32,000 bases of DNA from Metaclostridioides mangenotii. Lineage in GTDB: Bacteria > Bacillota > Clostridia > Peptostreptococcales > Peptostreptococcaceae. Below, piece by piece: positions 26,088 through 32,000 of the stretch (positions are counted from its first letter, which is position 1; every line of letters begins with the position of its first letter). The stretch is taken from assembly GCF_018917235.1 (NCBI RefSeq), contig NZ_JAHLOF010000005.1, forward strand, positions 185,129 to 217,128. Direction: 5' to 3'. A model generated the notes under the pieces. It was not told the origin of the DNA and did no database searches. It saw only the letters and a program-made list of their open reading frames with translations. The position numbers and the translations under genes were made by a program.

Positions 26088-26325
26088 CCTCCTAACATAA
26101 TATTGTTAGGTAAAATGCTTAAATTTAAGACTAAAATTGTCTTTATTTAAGTCTAACATCCTACCCGCAGAAGATATTAGCTAATATATTAGGCAGTTCT
26201 CCCGGCTTAATTTCATCCTCGATCTTTCCTTCCCGATTTTACTCAGTGGTGTTTTAAGATCTCGTCCATATCACGGTTACTGGGTTAGCTTGGAATTTCC
26301 ATCCAATTCCCTATTAAGTCATATT
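26088..26325 (-). promoter_or_regulatory. Cobalamin (B12) riboswitch with an SD-sequestering expression platform
   Basis: The minus strand reads TTAATAGGGAATTGGATGGAAATTCCAAGCTAACCCAGTAACCGTGA..., and the B12 box AAGCCGGGAGAACTGCCT is the complement of 26191..26208. Downstream, CCTAACA (26110..26104) pairs with TGTTAGG (26097..26091), which overlaps the AGGAGG SD (26093..26088). Confidence 0.88.
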
Positions 26326-26427
26326 GACACCAAATATATTTTTAATCTCTATTCCAATTAAAAATTATCATATTTTTTTATTTTTAGCAAGTTATAAATT
26401 TTATCAAAATTTATATGTAATAATGGT

Positions 26428-26466
26428 AAAAATAAAACAGATACTGTAATGCAGTATCTGTTTTTT
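26428..26466. terminator. Bidirectional rho-independent terminator downstream of metK
   Basis: AAAACAGATACTG, a short loop, then CAGTATCTGTTTT (26434..26464), with T-runs on both strands. Confidence 0.8.
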
Positions 26467-26519
26467 GTTAATTAAAATTGAAAACCTTTTTAAAGTAAGA
26501 AATATATAATTTTAAATTA

Positions 26520-27713
26520 CTATTTTCCTAGCGCTTCTTTTTTAAGTATTTCTGCTTTGTCCGTTTTCTCCCAAGGTAAATCTATATCTGTTCTACCAAA
26601 ATGACCATATGCAGCAACTTGTTTATATATTGGTTTTTTAAGATCTAGATCTCTTATTATAGCTCCAGGTCTTAGATCAAAGTGCTTCTCTACTAGATCA
26701 ACAAGCTTAGATTCTGAAACTTTTCCTGTTCCAAAAGTATCTATGAAAATCGACAGAGGTCTTGCAACTCCGATTGCATATGCTAATTCTATTTCACATT
26801 TTTCTGCAAGTCCAGCCGCAACTATATTTTTAGCTACATATCTAGCTGCATAAGCTGCAGATCTATCAACCTTTGTAGGATCTTTACCTGAGAATGCTCC
26901 TCCACCATGTCTAGAGTATCCACCGTAAGTATCTATAATTATCTTTCTTCCTGTAAGTCCTGTGTCTCCTTGAGGTCCACCAATTACAAATCTTCCAGTT
27001 GGGTTAATGTATATTTTAGTCTCTTCATCAAGTAATTTAGCTGGTATTACAGCTTTTATTACATGTTCTATAAGATCCTTTCTTATCGTTTCTGCTTCTA
27101 TAGTTTCACAGTGTTGTGCAGATATAAGAACAGTGTGAACTCTTACAGCCTTATTTCCTTCGTATTCTACTGTAACTTGTGTCTTTCCATCCGGCCTTAA
27201 ATAATCCAACGTTTCATTTTTTCTTACTTCTGATAGTCTTCTCGATAATTTGTGAGCTAATGATATCGGTAATGGCATTAATTCAGGAGTTTCGTCGCAA
27301 GCGAATCCAAACATTATTCCTTGGTCCCCTGCTCCTACCTTTTCTATTTCCTCATTTGTCATCTCACCAGATTTACTCTCTAGACCCTCATCAACACCCA
27401 TTGCAATATCGACTGATTGTTCGTCTATAGATGTAATAACAGCACATGTGTCGCAGTCAAATCCGTACTTTGCTCTTGTATATCCGATATCTTGTACTGT
27501 TTTTCTAACTAACTTTGGTATATCTACATAAGCAGATGTACTTATCTCTCCCGCTACTAAAACTAATCCTGTTGTAACTGTAGTCTCACAAGCTACTCTT
27601 GAATTAGGATCTTTCCTTAATAATTCATCAAGAATCGCATCTGATATTTGATCACAGATTTTATCTGGATGCCCTTCAGTAACTGACTCTGATGTAAATA
27701 AATGTCTAGCCAT
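26520..27713 (-). CDS. metK: S-adenosylmethionine synthetase
   Basis: 397-aa ORF with [33 protein letters not shown], and [19 protein letters not shown], all hallmark MetK motifs. Confidence 0.98.
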   Translation of the reverse strand: MARHLFTSESVTEGHPDKICDQISDAILDELLRKDPNSRVACETTVTTGLVLVAGEISTSAYVDIPKLVRKTVQDIGYTRAKYGFDCDTCAVITSIDEQSVDIAMGVDEGLESKSGEMTNEEIEKVGAGDQGIMFGFACDETPELMPLPISLAHKLSRRLSEVRKNETLDYLRPDGKTQVTVEYEGNKAVRVHTVLISAQHCETIEAETIRKDLIEHVIKAVIPAKLLDEETKIYINPTGRFVIGGPQGDTGLTGRKIIIDTYGGYSRHGGGAFSGKDPTKVDRSAAYAARYVAKNIVAAGLAEKCEIELAYAIGVARPLSIFIDTFGTGKVSESKLVDLVEKHFDLRPGAIIRDLDLKKPIYKQVAAYGHFGRTDIDLPWEKTDKAEILKKEALGK

Positions 27714-27790
27714 TTTTATTCCTCCTCATTCTTATTTTTATCTTATCCAATTTCCTTATTCTAATGAATTATTTCTCACGATAGACAATT

Positions 27791-27958
27791 AAAAAACCTC
27801 TTCTATTATTCCACAGAAGAGGTTAATTACCGTAACAATGTACTAATTAACTGACCTCATCTCTCAAGACTAATCGTCTTGTAGGAATTAGCACCTTCTC
27901 CCATATGGGTGGTTGCTGGGCTTCACAGGGCCTGTCCCTCAGCCTCTCTTGATAAGGT
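27791..27958 (-). promoter_or_regulatory. SAM-I riboswitch (S-box) with a terminator
   Basis: The minus strand reads CTTATCAAGAGAGGCTGAGGGACAGGCCCTGTGAAGCCCAGCAACC...GAAGGTGCTAATTCCTACAAG...TTGAGAGATGAGG. It is followed by AACCTCTTCT-N11-AGAAGAGGTT and T6 (27824..27791). Confidence 0.93.
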
Positions 27959-27988
27959 AATCAAGAATTTAATTTTTTATACTATATA

Positions 27989-28017
27989 ATACTACTATTT
28001 TTACTTGAAACTGTCAA
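27989..28017 (-). promoter_or_regulatory. SigmaA-type promoter of the S-box-metK transcript
   Basis: On the minus strand, TTGACA (28017..28012), a 17-nt spacer, then TAGTAT (27994..27989). Confidence 0.6.
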
Positions 28018-28104
28018 TATTTTTATGGTGTATGATGTGCGAATTATGTAATATTATTTTGTAAATTTTTATAAGCATGTATATTTTGTGAATATATACA
28101 ATTA

Positions 28105-28668
28105 ATGGTATTTTATGCTTCAGATATTCATATATATCTTTTGAAGGGGGTGTTCCTATTGTATTTGACCAAAGTAAACTACATTGAGGAAAACGCAGTT
28201 GATCTCCTTAGTTCATCCCTCAAGGACATAATAGATGAAGACACCATTGTAGTTTGTATAGGAACAGATAGGGCTATCGGCGACACTCTCGGCCCTTTAG
28301 TTGGAACAATTTTAAAAAACAACAGTTATAAATACCCTGTCTACGGAACACTTGATAACCCTATTCATGCACTAAATATATATGAATCTTTAGATGAGAT
28401 TAAGAATAAACACCAAAATGGCAATTTTTTAGCCATAGACGCTTGTCTAGGATCTGAAAGCACTATAGGAAATATACAAATTAGAGAAGGACCCATACTC
28501 CCTGGAAAAGGTGTCGGAAAAAAACTCCCCCAGATAGGAAATTATTCAATTGTGGGAATTGTAGATAAAATAGATGAAAACAATAGGTTTTCGTTTAATA
28601 ATATACGTTTGAGCTTTATCTTTGATTTAGCTGAAGCTATCGCTCTTTCAATACTAGTATCGACATGA
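28105..28668 (+). CDS. yyaC: Spore protease YyaC-family protein (GPR/HybD-like fold)
   Basis: VVCIGTDRAIGDTLGPLVGT and AIDACLG are characteristic of YyaC. The true start may be the TTG at 28159, 8 nt after GAAGGGGG (28143..28150), rather than the ATG at 28105, which lacks an SD. Confidence 0.8.
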   Translation: MVFYASDIHIYLLKGVFLLYLTKVNYIEENAVDLLSSSLKDIIDEDTIVVCIGTDRAIGDTLGPLVGTILKNNSYKYPVYGTLDNPIHALNIYESLDEIKNKHQNGNFLAIDACLGSESTIGNIQIREGPILPGKGVGKKLPQIGNYSIVGIVDKIDENNRFSFNNIRLSFIFDLAEAIALSILVST

Positions 28669-28700
28669 TTATTTACATAACAGCAAAGGTAGGTGATATT

Positions 28701-28805
28701 ATGAGGAAGATGCTTAAATTCTTTGTTCCAATTGCACTAATAAGCATTGTTTTTAAAGTATTCTTATTTCCAATTATTTTAAGATATACAAATGATAAAT
28801 TCTAA
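28701..28805 (+). CDS. Unannotated 34-codon ORF encoding a small hydrophobic (single transmembrane span) peptide
   Basis: Own translation: MRKMLKFFVPIALISIVFKVFLFPIILRYTNDKF. AAAGGTAGGTGA precedes the ATG with about 6 nt spacing. It lies 32 nt after the yyaC stop and is followed by a strong hairpin. It is too short for the supplied ORF track. Confidence 0.45.
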   Translation: MRKMLKFFVPIALISIVFKVFLFPIILRYTNDKF

Positions 28806-28811
28806 CTAAAG

Positions 28812-28871
28812 AAAGGTGTATTTTGGAGTAAAGTTCTATAAAACTTTTCTCTCCCAAATACACCTTTTTTT
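28812..28871. terminator. Bidirectional terminator between the small ORF (+) and the 293-aa gene (-)
   Basis: AAAGGTGTATTTTGGAG (28812..28828) pairs with CTCCCAAATACACCTTT (28851..28867) with one bulge, then a T-run to 28871. Confidence 0.75.
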
Positions 28872-28873
28872 AT

Positions 28874-29755
28874 TTATCGTATTGTATTATCTTCGACCAA
28901 TTTTGCAACTCCATTTTTATCTAAGCTTCTTGAAATTATGTTCATCCCTGATATTTGTTTCTTATTCTGATCTCCTACAGTATATAATATCTCTGTATTA
29001 TATAAGCAGTTAAAAATATTTCTATCCAATTTAAATGGAACTTCGATTTCTTTTTTTTCTCCAGGTTTTATGGTAATACTTTTATCTAGTTTTTCTAGGT
29101 CTATTATATTATCATTACTTACTCTAATTGCTTTTATTACTACATCTTCTTTAACTTTATTTTGGATTTCTGTATAAAAGTAACTTTTCAAATAGTCCTG
29201 TGTTTCGCGATCTTTAATCTCATAAAAGTTCATAGAGGTTTCACCAATCATAAATTCTAAATCAGTACCAAATACATTCTTAGGGTAAATTGTTAAGTAA
29301 AACTTACCTAAATTTATTTTATGAGTACTTTTACTACCAGTTATTTCTATATTTAAATCATCAAATTTATATGTACCTTCATTTTTTGGAATTACATCAA
29401 TAAGTAGTGAATATGTCTGATAATATTTATTATACTTTCCTCCTCCATCCTCTAATTTTACTATCTGTATATTTTCAATATCTAAAGCATCATTATTATT
29501 TATTTTAGCAGTTGACCCTTCACTAAACTCATCATCAAAATCATAAATGTTCATCTGAATCAAAAATCTATCACCGACAGTTGAAATAACATTACTTGAC
29601 CATTTATTATCGATAATTAATTCTTTATTACTCGAAAGTAACCTTTTATTTTCAAAAGAGATTTTATCTTCTTGATTGTCAGTCTTAATAAACATACATA
29701 ATACTATTAAAGTTGCAGCAATTACTATTAACCTAGCTATTATACTTTTTGACAT
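28874..29755 (-). CDS. Hypothetical N-terminally membrane-anchored protein; no recognisable domain
   Basis: 293-aa ORF with SD AAAGGAGGAA. One N-terminal hydrophobic helix (IIARLIVIAATLIVLCMFI) is followed by a Lys/Asn/Asp-rich, probably extracytoplasmic, beta-rich body. I do not recognise any motif. Confidence 0.6.
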   Translation of the reverse strand: MSKSIIARLIVIAATLIVLCMFIKTDNQEDKISFENKRLLSSNKELIIDNKWSSNVISTVGDRFLIQMNIYDFDDEFSEGSTAKINNNDALDIENIQIVKLEDGGGKYNKYYQTYSLLIDVIPKNEGTYKFDDLNIEITGSKSTHKINLGKFYLTIYPKNVFGTDLEFMIGETSMNFYEIKDRETQDYLKSYFYTEIQNKVKEDVVIKAIRVSNDNIIDLEKLDKSITIKPGEKKEIEVPFKLDRNIFNCLYNTEILYTVGDQNKKQISGMNIISRSLDKNGVAKLVEDNTIR

Positions 29756-30067
29756 AATTTCCTCCTTTAGTATTTACTTTCTTATTGTAATATTTACCAA
29801 ATCTCTCTTGCAATCACTGTACTTGTACATATGTACTAGTCTTTAATTTTATTACATTCTCTTTAAGAGTATCTACAATTTGTAGTAATCATTTAGAAAA
29901 GAAAAGCTTACAGTTAATTCTAATAATACTGTAAAAAAGTAATTCCGAAAAGTACTAAAATAGCCAAATAATAAATTATCTAAATATTATATATCTGGTA
30001 TGGTATTTAATCTTTTATTATTAAGACAATTAAATTTTATTAATTTGACCATTTTAAAAAGTTTTTT

Positions 30068-30110
30068 AAAAAAACTGGCTCTAAAACGACTACAGTCGTT
30101 TTAGAGCCAG
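30068..30110 (-). terminator. Rho-independent terminator inside repeat copy A
   Basis: CTGGCTCTAAAACGAC (30075..30090), loop TACA, GTCGTTTTAGAGCCAG (30095..30110): a 16-bp perfect stem. On the minus strand it is followed by T7 (30074..30068). Confidence 0.85.
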
Positions 30111-30392
30111 TTATAGATTCTTTTGGATTTTTTCAGAAAACTATTTCGTACATTCTAATCTTAAAGCCGTGTCACCTAAAACTCTCTTCTATCAACTATT
30201 TAATTTTGTAGCATCAACTTGTATTCCGAACTTTGTATATTTTATAGGATTATTATTTAATTAGTGGAGTATTTCATCCACTAATATACTATATTCTATT
30301 AATGTACTTTTAGTTCGCATTTTGTCATAATTTGTACTTTATTATTTTTAAGTTAATATTTTTAATAAAAATAAAAAGTGATTTCATAATTG
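30068..30392 (-). repeat. Tandem non-coding module, copy A (about 325 bp), carrying its own intrinsic terminator
   Basis: It aligns to 30399..30721 with a period of 331 bp. Positions 30191..30354 are 100% identical to 30522..30685. It contains the hairpin TTAGTGGA-N8-TCCACTAA (30261..30284). No ORF is conserved between the two copies. Confidence 0.9.
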
Positions 30393-30398
30393 ATATAT

Positions 30399-30442
30399 AA
30401 AAAAACTAGCTCTAAAACGATCTGTAGTCGTTTTAGAGCCAG
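30399..30442 (-). terminator. Rho-independent terminator inside repeat copy B
   Basis: CTAGCTCTAAAACGA (30406..30420), loop TCTGTAG, TCGTTTTAGAGCCAG (30428..30442): a 15-bp stem with one A-C mismatch. T7 follows on the minus strand (30405..30399). Confidence 0.75.
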
Positions 30443-30721
30443 TTATAGATTCTTTTGGATTTTTTAAGAAGACTATTTCGTACATTTTCAATCTAAAAGC
30501 CGTGTCACCTAAAACTCTTCTATCAACTATTTAATTTTGTAGCATCAACTTGTATTCCGAACTTTGTATATTTTATAGGATTATTATTTAATTAGTGGAG
30601 TATTTCATCCACTAATATACTATATTCTATTAATGTACTTTTAGTTCGCATTTTGTCATAATTTGTACTTTATTATTTTTAAGTTTATATTTAATAAAAA
30701 TAAAAAGTGATTTCATAATTG
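30399..30721 (-). repeat. Tandem non-coding module, copy B (about 323 bp), directly downstream of fabZ
   Basis: See copy A. Differences from A are confined to the terminator loop, the roughly 90 bp next to it (several 1-3-nt indels) and the distal 20 bp. It begins 24 nt after the fabZ stop, with no other terminator in between. Confidence 0.9.
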
Positions 30722-30745
30722 TATTTTATTTTGTTGAATTATTAT

Positions 30746-31174
30746 TTACTTTTCAACTAGCGCAAACATAAGGTCTCCCTTGCACGCAAGTTCATCCCCA
30801 ACATATGCCTTAGCAGTTGCTTTACCAATATTTCTTCTTATTGAAATCATCTCTATTTCCATTGTAAGTGTATCACCTGGTCTTACTTCTTTCTTAAATC
30901 TAACATTATCTATCCCAGCAAACACACCTAATTTTCCTTTGTTCTCATCCATAGACATCATAGCTACAGCTCCAACTTGAGCAAGTGCTTCTATTATAAG
31001 AACACCAGGCATTAGAGGATATTCTGGAAAATGACCTTGGAAAAATGGCTCATTAGCAGTTACATTTTTTATACCGACAGCTCTTTTCCCTACCTCTAAT
31101 TCTATTATCTTGTCCACTAAAAGAAATGGATATCTATGTGGGATTATTTCTTTAATTTGATCTATATTTAGCAT
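30746..31174 (-). CDS. fabZ: 3-hydroxyacyl-[acyl-carrier-protein] dehydratase FabZ
   Basis: 142-aa hot-dog fold protein with [18 protein letters not shown], and [11 protein letters not shown], the canonical FabZ motifs. Confidence 0.96.
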   Translation of the reverse strand: MLNIDQIKEIIPHRYPFLLVDKIIELEVGKRAVGIKNVTANEPFFQGHFPEYPLMPGVLIIEALAQVGAVAMMSMDENKGKLGVFAGIDNVRFKKEVRPGDTLTMEIEMISIRRNIGKATAKAYVGDELACKGDLMFALVEK

Positions 31175-31192
31175 ATTCCTACTCCTTAATCT

Positions 31193-32000
31193 CTATCTCT
31201 TAAATGATCCACCTGTCTCTAACAAATCAATAGATCCAAGAGCTATTCCTGTTCCTTTAGCTACACATGAAAGTGGTTCATCAGCTATTGTTACATTTAT
31301 ACCAGTACTTTGCACTATACGCTTGTCCAATCCGTAAAGTAAAGCTCCACCGCCAGTCATTATTATTCCAGTATCACCTATATCAGCAGCTAGCTCTGGA
31401 GGCGTTTTTTCAAGTACTGTATGCGTTGCAACAACTATTTGCTCTATACATTCATTTAATGCTTCTAGGGTTTCTGATGAATTAATTTCTACTGATACTG
31501 GTAGACCTGTTACAAGGTTTCTACCTGTTACTTTCATAGATACAACTTCTTCTCTTTCAAAAGCACTACCAACTTCAATTTTAATCTTCTCTGCTGTTCT
31601 CTCACCTATAAGAAGATTATGTTGTTTTTTCATGTATCTAGTAATCGCTTCATCAAATCTATCTCCGCCCACTTTTATAGATTCACTTACAACGATACCA
31701 CCTAATGAGATTACTGCCATATCGACAGTTCCACCACCTATATCTATAATCATAGTTCCATTTGGTTGTGCAATGTCTATACCAGCTCCTATAGCCGCTG
31801 CGATAGGTTCTTCAATAATATATACCTCTCGTGCTCCAGCCTCTCTTGTAGCCTCTTCTACGGCTCTTTTTTCTACATCTGTAACACCCGTAGGAACACA
31901 TACCATTATTCTAGGCATAAAAAATTTACCAAATCCTTTTTTCTCAGCTATCTGGTCTATAAAATACTTAAGCATTTTTTCTGTTACATCGTAATTTGAT
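31193..32000 (-). CDS. mreB: Rod shape-determining actin homolog of the MreB/Mbl family; C-terminal about 268 codons, the gene continues past the right edge
   Basis: The frame stays open upstream of the track's first Met (..SNYDVTEKMLKYFI). MreB motifs are present: VCVPTGVTDVEKRAV, IIEEPIAAAIGAG, DIGGGTVDMAV, IMTGGGALL. Its position next to fabZ resembles B. subtilis mbl. Confidence 0.93.
   Translation of the reverse strand, partial: SNYDVTEKMLKYFIDQIAEKKGFGKFFMPRIMVCVPTGVTDVEKRAVEEATREAGAREVYIIEEPIAAAIGAGIDIAQPNGTMIIDIGGGTVDMAVISLGGIVVSESIKVGGDRFDEAITRYMKKQHNLLIGERTAEKIKIEVGSAFEREEVVSMKVTGRNLVTGLPVSVEINSSETLEALNECIEQIVVATHTVLEKTPPELAADIGDTGIIMTGGGALLYGLDKRIVQSTGINVTIADEPLSCVAKGTGIALGSIDLLETGGSFKR

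Noticed and set aside
30095-30110. GTCGTTTTAGAGCCAG resembles the start of type II-A (Cas9) CRISPR repeats or a tracrRNA anti-repeat (GTTTTAGAGC...)
   Set aside because: The match covers only 10 nt. The sequence is simply one arm of a terminator hairpin. There is no repeat-spacer array and no cas genes in the window.
30165-30260. 31-codon GTG ORF (MSPKTLFYQLFNFVASTCIPNFVYFIGLLFN) on the plus strand of repeat copy A, considered as a possible type I toxin
   Set aside because: It has no SD. The equivalent frame in copy B is broken by a 2-nt deletion after 10 codons even though the surrounding DNA is highly conserved, which argues against coding selection.
30068-30721. The tandem repeat as a CRISPR array, minisatellite or IS remnant
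   Set aside because: There are only two units of about 325 bp, with no interspersed unique spacers. There are no terminal inverted repeats, target-site duplications or transposase fragments. It is kept as a finding as a non-coding module instead.

Overview
This is a low-GC (about 30%) Firmicutes/Clostridia-type chromosomal segment from a spore-former (a YyaC homolog and a SPOCS-like protein are present). It is mostly conserved housekeeping genes, and most CDS lie on the minus strand. Gene order from the left edge is tsaB-tsaE, then a DUF11/SPOCS-like protein, a YkvI-family membrane protein and a D-Ala-D-Ala carboxypeptidase, then a truncated polyferredoxin remnant. Next come FMN riboswitch-ribU, a TrmB-family regulator, a divergent IlvD/Edd dehydratase paired with an ornithine cyclodeaminase/mu-crystallin gene, an amidohydrolase and tex. 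After these come prfB (with its programmed +1 frameshift, which the ORF track misses), secA, hpf, a GC-rich structured RNA between comFC and hpf (raiA-motif-like), and comFC-recD2. The right part holds a cobalamin-riboswitch-controlled PduO-like/BtuFCD-type operon, SAM-I riboswitch-metK, yyaC with a small membrane peptide ORF, an orphan membrane-anchored protein, fabZ and a partial mreB/mbl. I found no rRNA, tRNA, CRISPR array, transposase or phage genes. The items most worth follow-up are listed here. (1) A 990-bp non-coding gap holds two tandem ~325-bp copies of a non-coding module, each with its own strong intrinsic terminator and a 164-bp block that is 100% identical between copies. (2) The raiA-like RNA has its own promoter and terminator. 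(3) A DnaA-box cluster sits upstream of hpf, away from any dnaA gene. (4) The IlvD/Edd paralog has altered catalytic motifs and sits in an operon with an OCD-family enzyme. (5) A 26-bp perfect inverted repeat caps a truncated 4Fe-4S gene.
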